A DNA stretch of 47,044 nucleotides from positions 1 to 47,044 of the forward strand of contig CAZNOT010000002.1 of NCBI GenBank assembly GCA_964574865.1. Reading direction: 5' to 3'. Origin of the DNA: an uncultured Candidatus Saccharibacteria bacterium (GTDB taxonomy: Bacteria > Patescibacteriota > Minisyncoccia > Phycocordibacterales > JAACPR01). This document shows positions 7,398-16,600 of the stretch, piece by piece. Position numbers and translations under genes: made by a program. The notes below the pieces were generated by a model. That model was not told the origin of the DNA and made no database searches. It saw nothing but the letters and a program-made list of their open reading frames with translations. Within the stretch, counting starts at the first letter, position 1. Each line of letters begins with the position of its first letter.

Positions 7398-9110
7398 ATG
7401 ACCTTCCTCGAGTTTCTGGCAGACAAGAAGCTGCTCGACGCGAAGCAGCTCCCGCGTATTTTCGCCGAGTCCGAGGCATCGGCCGAGCCGCTCGATAGGC
7501 ACCTCCAACGTCACGGCCTCACGCCGGAAAAAATTCTCGAGGCTAAGAGCGAGTACTACGGGATTCCGATCCACGAGATCGGCTCTGGCACGGGCGCGGT
7601 GCCCTTCGAGGTGCTCCGCTACGTGCCGGAGGAGTCCGCGCTCCACTACGGCTTCGCGCCGGTCGCTATTCAGGACGGGTTCCTCGTGGTCGGCGTGCTG
7701 AATCCTGAGGACATCGAAGCTCGCGAAGCGCTCAACTTCATCTCGGCGAAGGAGGACATCCCGTACAAGCTCACGCTGCTCTCGGAGAAAGACTTCGAGC
7801 GCATCCTCGGCGCGTATAAGGGTCTCTCGGGGCAGGTGACCCAGGCGCTCGAGGAGCTCGAGACGGAGGACATCTCGCTCGAGGATGACGCCGTCGTCAG
7901 CACGACGCAGAAGGGGAGCGTCCGAATCATAGAGGACGCGCCGGTCACCAAAATTGTCTCGACCATCATTCGCTACGCGGTCGAGGGCAACGCTTCGGAC
8001 ATTCACGTCGAGCCGATCCGCGAGCGCATTCGCGTGCGCTTCCGCGTCGACGGCGACCTCAAGACCTCGCTCATGCTGCCGTCGAAGGTGCACTCGGCGC
8101 TGGTGGCGCGCATTAAGGTTCAGGCGAAGCTGAAGCTCGACGAGAAGCGCAAGCCGCAGGACGGGCGCTTCCAGGTGCGCATCCAGAGCCGCCAGGTCGA
8201 CTTCCGCGTGTCGACCTTCCCGACCTACTACGGCGAGAAGGTGGTGATGCGCATCCTCGACCAGGAGCGCGGCGTCCGTAACGTCGACCAGATTGGCCTG
8301 ATGGCGAACCAGAAGGAGATGCTGCTGCGCGCGGTCAGTCGGCCCTACGGCATGATCCTCATCTCGGGGCCGACGGGGTCCGGAAAAACCACGACGCTCT
8401 ACTCCGTGCTCGATCTCGTCGACAAGGAGAAGTTCAACGTGCTCTCGCTCGAGGATCCGGTGGAGTACGCCATCGAGGGCGTGTCGCAGTCGCAGGTGTT
8501 CCCGGAGATCGGCTACACCTTCGCGACCGGCCTCCGCACGACCCTGCGCCAGGACCCGGACATCATCATGGTCGGCGAGATCCGTGACGGCGAGACGGCC
8601 AAGCTCGCCATTCAGGCGGCGCTCACCGGTCACCTCGTGTTCTCGACGATTCACACCAACACCTCGTGCGGCATTGTGCCGCGCCTCATCGACATGGGGG
8701 TCGACCCGTACCTGATTGCGCCGACTCTGGTGCTCGGCGTCGCGCAGCGACTCGTGCGCAAGAGCTGCCCCGGCGCAGGTGAGGAGGAGAAGGTCGAGGG
8801 CGCGCTCAAGGCGATGATCGACGACCAGTTCTCGGATCTGCCCACGGAGTTTCACGCCCAGCTACCGCCCATGAACTCGGTGATGCGGCTGAAACCCTCG
8901 CCCGAGTGCCCGATGGGTACCCGCGGCCGCGAGGCTGTGTTCGAGATGTACGAGATGAGCCGCGACATCGAGTCCGTCATTCTCTCGAACCCGACCGAGA
9001 ACGCGCTGTACGACACCGTCCGCAAGAAGGGGATGATCACCATGCGCGAGCACGCGATCGTGAAGGCCCTCGAGCACAGCGTGCCGTGGGAGGAGGTCGG
9101 CAAGCTCTAG
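7398..9110 (+). CDS. pilB: type IV pilus extension ATPase PilB (GspE family)
   Basis: 570 aa. N-terminal GSPII_E-type domain, Walker A GPTGSGKTTT, Asp box, Walker B DPDIIMVGEIRD and a His box. Confidence 0.9.
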   Translation: MTFLEFLADKKLLDAKQLPRIFAESEASAEPLDRHLQRHGLTPEKILEAKSEYYGIPIHEIGSGTGAVPFEVLRYVPEESALHYGFAPVAIQDGFLVVGVLNPEDIEAREALNFISAKEDIPYKLTLLSEKDFERILGAYKGLSGQVTQALEELETEDISLEDDAVVSTTQKGSVRIIEDAPVTKIVSTIIRYAVEGNASDIHVEPIRERIRVRFRVDGDLKTSLMLPSKVHSALVARIKVQAKLKLDEKRKPQDGRFQVRIQSRQVDFRVSTFPTYYGEKVVMRILDQERGVRNVDQIGLMANQKEMLLRAVSRPYGMILISGPTGSGKTTTLYSVLDLVDKEKFNVLSLEDPVEYAIEGVSQSQVFPEIGYTFATGLRTTLRQDPDIIMVGEIRDGETAKLAIQAALTGHLVFSTIHTNTSCGIVPRLIDMGVDPYLIAPTLVLGVAQRLVRKSCPGAGEEEKVEGALKAMIDDQFSDLPTEFHAQLPPMNSVMRLKPSPECPMGTRGREAVFEMYEMSRDIESVILSNPTENALYDTVRKKGMITMREHAIVKALEHSVPWEEVGKL

Positions 9111-9171
9111 GCCGCGCCGGAATCCCCAGCCGGGGAAGCGGCGACGCGCGATTGCGGCCGGCGCGGCGTGC

Positions 9172-9177
9172 TAGAAT
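9172..9177 (+). promoter_or_regulatory. extended -10 TGcTAGAAT upstream of the receiver gene
   Basis: 23 nt before ATG 9201. Confidence 0.5.
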
Positions 9178-9200
9178 TTTGAGGCTAAAGAACGGGCAAC

Positions 9201-9638
9201 ATGGCTGAAAACGAAAACAACGCCGCGGAGAAGAAGGACCTAGACCTCAGCGGTTTGAAGGTGCTCCTCATCGATGACGACACCTTTCTCTTGGATATGT
9301 ACGCGCTCAAATTCAAGCGCTTCGGCGCGGAGCCGGTCGCCGCGAGCGGCGCCGAGGAGGCGCTCGACAAGCTCGCCGAGGGCTACTCGCCGGACGTCGT
9401 TCTCTGCGACATTATTATGCCGAAGCTCGACGGGTTCGATTTCCTGCGCGCCATGCGCGGGAAGGGCTACGCGCCGAACGCCACCGTCATCGTGCTCTCG
9501 AACCAGGGGCAGGAAACCGACCAGGAGCAGGCGGCTGAGTTCAAGGTGGACGACTACATTATCAAGGCGCTCCTCACGCCCTCCGAGGTTGTGGCCCGCG
9601 TGGCTGCGGCCGTCTTCAAGCGGCGCGGCGCTAAGTAG
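9201..9638 (+). CDS. stand-alone CheY-like response-regulator receiver
   Basis: 145 aa. Contains LLIDDD, VVLCDIIMPKLDG (the phospho-acceptor Asp) and a conserved Lys in DYIIKA. No output domain. Confidence 0.85.
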   Translation: MAENENNAAEKKDLDLSGLKVLLIDDDTFLLDMYALKFKRFGAEPVAASGAEEALDKLAEGYSPDVVLCDIIMPKLDGFDFLRAMRGKGYAPNATVIVLSNQGQETDQEQAAEFKVDDYIIKALLTPSEVVARVAAAVFKRRGAK

Positions 9639-9655
9639 CGGACGAACAGCGAACT

Positions 9656-10717
9656 ATGGACTACCAGAAGATGCTCGACTCCCTGATCGAAACGGTCGTC
9701 AGCCGCGACGCCTCCGACCTGCACCTCTCGCAGGGTCGCCACCCGACGCTGCGCGTCATGGGCGATCTCATTCCGATTTCTACGCACCCGGTGCTCTCCA
9801 AGGAAGACCTCGACGGTCTCCTGGCCGCGATGATCGGCGCGACCCGCGTCGCCGACTTTCGCGGCAAGACGCAGTTCGACTTCGCGTACTCGTTCCGCGA
9901 TAAGTTCCGCTTCCGCGGAAACGCCTTCATTCAGCAGGGTCACGTCTCGATCGTCATGCGTCTCATCCCGCGCCAGATTCGCACGCTCGCCGAGCTCAAC
10001 GTTCCGCCGATCCTCGAGACCTTCGCCCGCAAGCAGCAGGGCTTTTTCCTCGTGGTCGGCCCGGTTGGCCAGGGCAAGACGACCACGCTCGCCGCGATGA
10101 TCGACCTCATCAACCACGAGCGTCCGGAGCACATCGTGACCATCGAGGACCCAATCGAGTACGTCTACGAGCAGGACAAAGCCATCATCGACCAGCGCGA
10201 GGTGAAGATCGACGTGCCGAGCTTCCACGAGGCGCTGACGGCCGCGTTCCGCCAGGACGTCGACGTAATCCTCGTGGGCGAGATGCGCGACCCTGACACG
10301 ATTTCCGCCGCGGTGACCGCCGCCGAGACCGGCCACCTCGTGCTCTCGACGCTCCACACCAACAACGCGTCCCAGACGGTCGATCGCATCATCGACTCCT
10401 TCCCGGCGGCGCAGCAGGACCAGATCCGCCTCCAGCTCGCGAGCTCGCTCATCGGCATCTTCTCGCAGCGCCTCGTGCCGCGCATCTCCGGCGGCCAGAT
10501 TCCGGCTTACGAGCTCCTGCTCAACAACTCGGCGGTCTCGAACCTCATCCGCGAGCGCCGCACGCACGAGATCGACACTGTCATCGAGACCGGCTCAGAG
10601 ATCGGCATGATCGACATGAACCGCTGCCTAGCCGAGCTCGTGCAGAGGGGGGAGATCACGATCGAGACCGCCTACCAGTTCACGTTGCGGCCGCAGGTGC
10701 TCGAGCGTTTCCTGTGA
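9656..10717 (+). CDS. pilT: type IV pilus retraction ATPase PilT
   Basis: 353 aa. Walker A GPVGQGKTTT, Walker B DVILVGEMRD, and the PilT-type length. Confidence 0.9.
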   Translation: MDYQKMLDSLIETVVSRDASDLHLSQGRHPTLRVMGDLIPISTHPVLSKEDLDGLLAAMIGATRVADFRGKTQFDFAYSFRDKFRFRGNAFIQQGHVSIVMRLIPRQIRTLAELNVPPILETFARKQQGFFLVVGPVGQGKTTTLAAMIDLINHERPEHIVTIEDPIEYVYEQDKAIIDQREVKIDVPSFHEALTAAFRQDVDVILVGEMRDPDTISAAVTAAETGHLVLSTLHTNNASQTVDRIIDSFPAAQQDQIRLQLASSLIGIFSQRLVPRISGGQIPAYELLLNNSAVSNLIRERRTHEIDTVIETGSEIGMIDMNRCLAELVQRGEITIETAYQFTLRPQVLERFL

Positions 10718-10737
10718 CCACGATGCGAGACTAAGCC

Positions 10738-11946
10738 ATGCTGTACCGATACCGAGTAGTCGAGACCGGCGGCGCCGAGCGCGAGGGCACCATCGAGGCC
10801 GTCACGGTTGACGTGGCTATTTCCGCGCTCCAGCGGCGCGGCTTCGTCATCGTCGAAATCAACGAAGCCGACAAGGCTGGCTCTATCTGGGAACGAAACC
10901 TCGGCTTCCTCGAGCGCATCAGCAACCGCGACGTCGTCATTCTCTCGCGCCAAATCTCGACGCTCTTCGAGGCGCAGGTCTCGGCGCTGCGCGTCTTCAA
11001 GCTGCTCGCGGGCGAGACCGAGAACCCGAAGCTCGGCCGCGTCCTCGCCGAGGTCGTCGAGGACCTCCAGGGCGGCTCGTCGATCGGCGGCGCGATGGGG
11101 AAGCACCCTGAGGTCTTCTCGACCTTCTACGCGAACATGGTTCGCGCCGGCGAGGAGTCCGGCAAGCTCCAGGAAACGTTCGTTTTCCTCGCGGACTACC
11201 TCGACCGTAACTACGAGGTGACGCAGAAGGCGAAGAACGCGCTCGTGTACCCGGCGTTCGTCATCTTCACGTTCTTCGCGGTGATGACGTTGATGATGAC
11301 CATGGTGATCCCGAAGATCTCCGCGGTGCTCCTCGAGTCCGGCCAGGAGCTGCCGCTCTACACCCGCATGGTCATCGGCTTCTCAGAGTTCCTGGTGGAC
11401 TTCCGCTACTTCATCGTGGCCGGCATCGCGTTCGGCGCCGCCGGGCTCTGGGCGTTCCGCCGGTCGATTATGGGCGCTGACTCGTTCGACCGTTTCAAAA
11501 TTTCTACCCCGTACATCGGCGATCTCTACCGCAAGCTCTACCTGTCTCGCATCTCGGACAACATGAACACGCTCCTCACCGCGGGCATCCCGATGGTGAA
11601 GTCGCTGGAGCTCACCGCGACCGTCGTCGAGAACCGCGTCTACGAGCACGCCGTGCTCGACGCGCTCGAGGCGGTGAAGGGGGGCGTCGCGCTCTCGGAC
11701 TCCTTTGGGCGGAACCCCGAGTTTCCGGGCATCCTCGTGCAGATGATCAAGGTCGGCGAAGAGACCGGTAACCTCGGCCGCGTGCTCTCGACGCTCGCGA
11801 CCTTCTACCGCCGCGAGGTGGGGAACGCCGTCGACACGCTCGTCGGCATGATCGAGCCGCTGATGATCATCCTGCTCGGCTTGGGCGTCGGCGTCGTGCT
11901 CGCCTCTGTCCTTATCCCCATCTACAACCTGTCTTCGGCGCTGTAG
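10738..11946 (+). CDS. pilC: type IV pilus platform protein PilC (GspF family)
   Basis: 402 aa with a duplicated T2SS-F domain architecture and 3 TM segments. Confidence 0.85.
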   Translation: MLYRYRVVETGGAEREGTIEAVTVDVAISALQRRGFVIVEINEADKAGSIWERNLGFLERISNRDVVILSRQISTLFEAQVSALRVFKLLAGETENPKLGRVLAEVVEDLQGGSSIGGAMGKHPEVFSTFYANMVRAGEESGKLQETFVFLADYLDRNYEVTQKAKNALVYPAFVIFTFFAVMTLMMTMVIPKISAVLLESGQELPLYTRMVIGFSEFLVDFRYFIVAGIAFGAAGLWAFRRSIMGADSFDRFKISTPYIGDLYRKLYLSRISDNMNTLLTAGIPMVKSLELTATVVENRVYEHAVLDALEAVKGGVALSDSFGRNPEFPGILVQMIKVGEETGNLGRVLSTLATFYRREVGNAVDTLVGMIEPLMIILLGLGVGVVLASVLIPIYNLSSAL

Positions 11947-12140
11947 GGCGGGAAACTCCATTCGGCGCGCAAAACGGTCTTTTGCGCCTCGGGGTACACG
12001 CGTGCACCGTCGGCTAGAAAGAACCGGTTTTTCGCACCCGGATGCCGCCCCCCGTGCCGCGGGGGGCAAAATACAGGTTCGCCCTTGATTTTTTGGGAGA
12101 GAAAGACGTCCGGAAAACTGTGCTAACCTCTGCCTCACCT

Positions 12141-13565
12141 ATGCCGGGCAAGTACCATCTGACCGTCGGCCTCGAAATTCACGCCGAGCTCAAGACGGCG
12201 ACGAAGGCGTTCGGCCGCGCGAAGAACGACCCGTTCGGCGCGGCGCTCCCGAATTCGAACGTCGACGAGATCGACCTGGGGCACCCCGGAACGCTGCCCG
12301 CGCTCAACGCCGAGGCGGTGCGCCAGGTCGTGCGCGTCGGCCTCGCGATCGGCGGCAAAATCGCCGAGTTCGCCGAGTTCGACCGCAAGCACTACTTCTA
12401 CCCGGACATCCCGAAGGGCTACCAGATCAGCCAGTACGAGCACCCGCTGGTGACGGGCGGGCAAATTGGCGCGGTCAAGATTACGCGTATCCACCTCGAG
12501 GAGGACACCGCGACCTCGAAGCACGACCGCGGCGATTTCTCGCTCGTCGATTTCAACCGCGCGGGCGTGCCGCTCATGGAGCTCGTCACGGAGGCGTGCA
12601 TTCACTCGGCGGAAGAGGCCGTCGCCTTCGCGTCCGATCTCCAGCTCCTCCTCCGCTACCTCGGCGCCTCCGAGGCGAACATGGAGCGCGGCGAGATGCG
12701 CGTCGAGGCGAACATTTCCATTTCGGATACGGCGGGGAAGCTCGGCACGAAGGTCGAGGTGAAAAACCTCAACTCGTTCCGCGCGGTTGCCGGCGCGATC
12801 GCCTACGAGGCGGCGCGCATGGAGAAACTTTTGGAATCGGGGAAGGGCGACGAAATTGTCCAGGAGACGCGCGGTTGGGACGAGGTGGGCGAGAGGACCG
12901 TGCCCCAGCGGCGCAAGGAGACCGCGGACGACTACCGCTACTTCCCGGAGCCGGATCTGCCGAAGCTGCGCCCGCACGAGCTGTTCGATCTGGGCGCGCT
13001 CCGGGCCGAGCTCCCCGAGCTGCCGTGGGCGAGGCGAGCGCGCTACCGCGCGCTCGGGCTCTCCGAGAAAGAGGCCGAGGTGCTCGTCGGCGACCTCGAT
13101 CTCGCGGTCTACTACGAGGCCGTCGCCGGCGCGCTGCCGTCCGAGAAGGCGAAGAAGCTGGCCGCGAACTACATCCTTTCCGACATCCTCGGCCTCGCGA
13201 AGAAGGCGGGCGAACCGGCGTCTAAAATCCCGGTCGCCGCGCTCGTTGAAATCATCGGGATGGTGGACTCCGCGGCCATCAACTCGCGCGTCGCCAAAGA
13301 CCTCGTCGCGTTCTATTGGGCCGACCCCGCCGCGGCCGAGCTGCCGAAGGCTAAGGTCGAGCGCGAGGGGCTCGGCATGATGGGGGAGGCCGCGCTCGCG
13401 CCGATCGTCTCGGCCGTCGTTGCCGCGCAGCCGCAGGTCGTCGCCGACTACAAAACTGGCAAGGTCGCGCTCCTCGAGTTTCTCGTGGGGCAAGCAATGA
13501 AGGAGACGAAGGGGCGCGCCGACGCGGCGGTTCTGCGCGACCTGTTCCGCGCCGCCCTCGGGTAG
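12141..13565 (+). CDS. gatB: Asp/Glu-tRNA amidotransferase subunit B
   Basis: The ORF opens at 12042, but the conserved N-terminus YHLTVGLEIHAELKT starts at ATG 12141. The GatB/YqeY tail is present. Confidence 0.9.
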   Translation: MPGKYHLTVGLEIHAELKTATKAFGRAKNDPFGAALPNSNVDEIDLGHPGTLPALNAEAVRQVVRVGLAIGGKIAEFAEFDRKHYFYPDIPKGYQISQYEHPLVTGGQIGAVKITRIHLEEDTATSKHDRGDFSLVDFNRAGVPLMELVTEACIHSAEEAVAFASDLQLLLRYLGASEANMERGEMRVEANISISDTAGKLGTKVEVKNLNSFRAVAGAIAYEAARMEKLLESGKGDEIVQETRGWDEVGERTVPQRRKETADDYRYFPEPDLPKLRPHELFDLGALRAELPELPWARRARYRALGLSEKEAEVLVGDLDLAVYYEAVAGALPSEKAKKLAANYILSDILGLAKKAGEPASKIPVAALVEIIGMVDSAAINSRVAKDLVAFYWADPAAAELPKAKVEREGLGMMGEAALAPIVSAVVAAQPQVVADYKTGKVALLEFLVGQAMKETKGRADAAVLRDLFRAALG

Positions 13566-13583
13566 CAATCTTTTCCCCAGTTC

Positions 13584-13617
13584 TGAGAATTCTCACCGCC
13601 GAAATTCGGTCTTTTTT
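13584..13617 (+). terminator. weak terminator-like structures after gatB
   Basis: TGAGAATTCTCA palindrome, then a short CCGAA/TTCGG stem, then CTTTTTTG. Confidence 0.4.
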
Positions 13618-13619
13618 GT

Positions 13620-13625
13620 TAAGAT
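13620..13625 (+). promoter_or_regulatory. -10 box TAAGAT, 8 nt before ATG 13634
   Basis: Follows the gatB terminator-like T-tract. Confidence 0.5.
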
Positions 13626-13633
13626 TTCTCCGA

Positions 13634-16600
13634 ATGAGCCAGGCGTCGAAAAGACGAATCATCTTAGCGCTCACCCTCGCCGCGATCGGTTTGATCGGGC
13701 TCTTGCCTGTGGACGTTGAGGCCCGCCGTGGCTTTCCGCACTTCGTCCAGAGCGAGATTTCTGTGGGAGAAAACCTCGCGCGCATTGGCGGGGCAATCTT
13801 TGGCTCGCCCGAGCGCGGCGTCGCATCGGCCGGATCGGTCACGTCGCCCGAATGCGGCTGGTGGGACTGGCTCGTCTCTGGCTGCTCGTCCGATCCGGTC
13901 GAGCTCGTGCCCTCGGCCGCGGTCTCTGAGACCGGCGCGCCCGCGGTGAGCCGCGCCGTGGGCGGAGCCGCTCCGTCTGCCGCGCGCCCCGGCGACTACT
14001 ACGTCACCGAGAACGTCATTGAGCGCGTCGTCGTTCGCGACGAGACTGAATCTTCGGGGGCCCGCGCGCTCCTGGAGCGCCTCGGCGTCCTCGAGGCGCA
14101 GGTCGCTCGCTTCGACGGCCGCATCGACGCGATCAACGGCTACTCGCCGAGGTCGACGCGCCGCTCGCGCGCGGCCGAGCGCGAAGACACGAGCGCCTCT
14201 ATCGCCGCCGCCGTCTCGGGCGGCTCGTCCGACGCCTCGTTCGGCACGCTCTCCGTCTCCGGCGCGGCGACCTCTACCTTCGGCAACGGGCTAGACATCG
14301 CGGACGGCTGCTTTGCGATCGACGGCGTGTGCCTCGATCTCGGCGACGCCGCGGACGGAACCTTCTCGACTACTTCGGCCGCGTACTGGGAGTCGACCCA
14401 GGCGCGCTGGGCCACGACGTCATCCGACTACTGGGAGTCGACCCAGGCGCGCTGGGCCACGACGTCATCTGCGTACTGGCTCACGACGAAAACGACGGCT
14501 GACCTCGCGGAGAGCGGCAGCCTCTACTACACCGACGCGCGCGTCGCGGCCTACGTTTCCGCCTCCTCGACCATTCCGCACATCGGCGGCTCTGCCTACG
14601 GTGACGTTCTCTACTGGACTGGGACCGCGTGGTCCCAAATGGCCACCTCCACCCTCGGCATTGACGGTTCGAAGTGGGACGATGCGACGGGCGGCATCAA
14701 CTACTCGGGCGGGAACGTCGCAATCGGTAATTCAGCACCTTCAGAATTACTGACTCTTGGTTCAGCAACAGAAACTTCGGGGAACAGAAAGGCACTGAGA
14801 TTTAATGCTGGCGGCTACGCAGCTCCAGGGGTATTCAATACAAACTCTAATGGCGATAAAATTATTTTTTATCAGGGATCTGACTTTGACGGACGATTCG
14901 GCGCTTCTTCGGGCGGTGAGATTTGGTTGAAGGCGCTTTCTACTAATACCAGCAATACTGGATTTGGATCCCTTAGTTTTTACACTGGCCAAGGAGTTAC
15001 TCCGTCTCCGAATCTCAGAATGCATCTAGGTGCGACTGGCGGAGTCGCTCTCGGCGGCACGATTACTAGTGCAACAAACTACACAGGAGCTACTTTGGTG
15101 CTTAGTACAGGGGGAAATGTGGGGATAGGAGCAAGCAGCCCAGTAACAGGTTTGGAAGTAGCTAATAATGGGGTAAATATATCGGGGAATTTCAATTACA
15201 ACATGTATGTTCATAATGCTGGAGGCAACAAGGGTTTTGCATTTGGATACGATACTAGTTCGCAAACAGGTATCATTGCTCCATCGGGCGGTACTGCTGA
15301 CCTTGCGTTTTGGACGCCAAATAGCAGTGTTTGGAGTGAAAAAATACGGTTTACCGCTGCGGGTAATGTGGGAATAGGTAGCACTACCCCAACAAATAAA
15401 TTAGTGGTCCAGGCGACAAACGGCGATGTAAGTATTGGAACATTCCAATCTTCTTATCCCGGTATTGCCATCAATAACACCAATGCCGGCTCATCGTACG
15501 GAGGATTCATGCGATGGCAGAAAAATGGAACAAACCAATGGGGATACGGAATGGATTACGTGGGTAACGGAGGTCAAGATTTCTGGCTCTATAACTACGC
15601 TTCCTCTAAAGACGCACTTTATTTCTCTTCGGCAAATGGGTACACGACCGTTGCCGGGCATTCAAACGCCGCCTCACCTCTTGCGGTCAACGGTGGCGCT
15701 GCGATCGGCGCAGGGTACGTTACAACCGCCGCGCCGTCTAACGGTTTGTTGGTGCAGGGGAGTGTGGGCGTCGGCACGTCGACCCCCTGGAAAGCCTTTT
15801 CGGTCACGGGCGCCGTTGCCTTCGACGGGCTCTCCTCGATGGGCGCTTCGGACCAGTACGTCTGTATCAACCCAACGACGAAAGAGGTTACGTTCGGCGC
15901 CGTTTGCACCGCGTCCTCCGAGCGCTTCAAGCACGACATTGAGGTCCTCGGGGATTCGGACGGGCTCGCGCTCGTGCGCCAGCTCCGCCCGGTATCGTTC
16001 GCCTACAACGAGACCGGCCAGACGCGCCTCGGCTTCATCGCCGAGGACATCGACCGCATCGACCCGCGCCTCGTGTTCTACGAGTCTGACGGTACGACTC
16101 CCAAAGGCGTGCTCTACCAAGACTTCACACCCATCCTCGCGAAATCTGTTCAGGAGCTCGACGTGCGCATCGAAGGCTTGGCCGAAATGGAGCCGTGGTC
16201 AGGTGACGCCGAGCCAGACTCGTTTGCCGCGCGCGTCGTGGCGCGGATCGCCGCGTGGCTCGGCGACGCCGGGAACGGCCTCGCCGCAGTCTTCGCCGGG
16301 AAGGTTCAAACAAACGAGCTCTGCCTCGCGGGCGCGAACGGCTCGACCACCTGCATCACCCGAGATCAGCTCGAGGAGCTGCTAGGCACAGACGTGCCGC
16401 TCCCGGTGCCGGGCAATGGCCCCGACGACGGCCCGGCTCCTTCTGCGGCCGAACTTCACGGCGCGGTCGGCGAGACCGCGGCGGACTTCGAGGCTGGCGG
16501 CGCTGGCGCACCCACTGCCGACGGGTCGGACGGTGTTCCTGTCGACGTTGCGGCGGTCGGCGAATCGGCTGACGGCGCCCCAGACAGTCCCACGGCCGAG

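Noticed and set aside
7086-8855. Long antisense or alternate-frame ORFs. Examples: 7086..8855 (-, 589 aa), 12135..13568 (-, 477 aa), 19591..20982 (-, 463 aa), 23267..25009 (-, 580 aa), 43704..45137 (-, 477 aa), 45660..46880 (-, 406 aa), 9554..10567 (-), and many others.
   Set aside because: They are shadow ORFs typical of GC-rich DNA. They are Arg/Gly/Ala/Pro/Asp-rich and low in complexity, with no recognisable motifs. Each fully overlaps a gene with clear family signatures on the other strand or in another frame.
11947-12140. The pilC-gatB spacer hairpins (GCGCAAAA/TTTTGCGC and GCCCCCC/GGGGGGC), considered as a riboswitch or sRNA.
   Set aside because: The stems are short and isolated. They have no recognisable riboswitch core and no convincing U-tract. 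I cannot support more than generic secondary structure.
14384-14479. CRISPR-like or other non-coding tandem array.
   Set aside because: There are only about two copies with no spacers. The repeat lies in frame inside a long ORF. No cas genes are present, and no other repeat-spacer structure occurs in the window.
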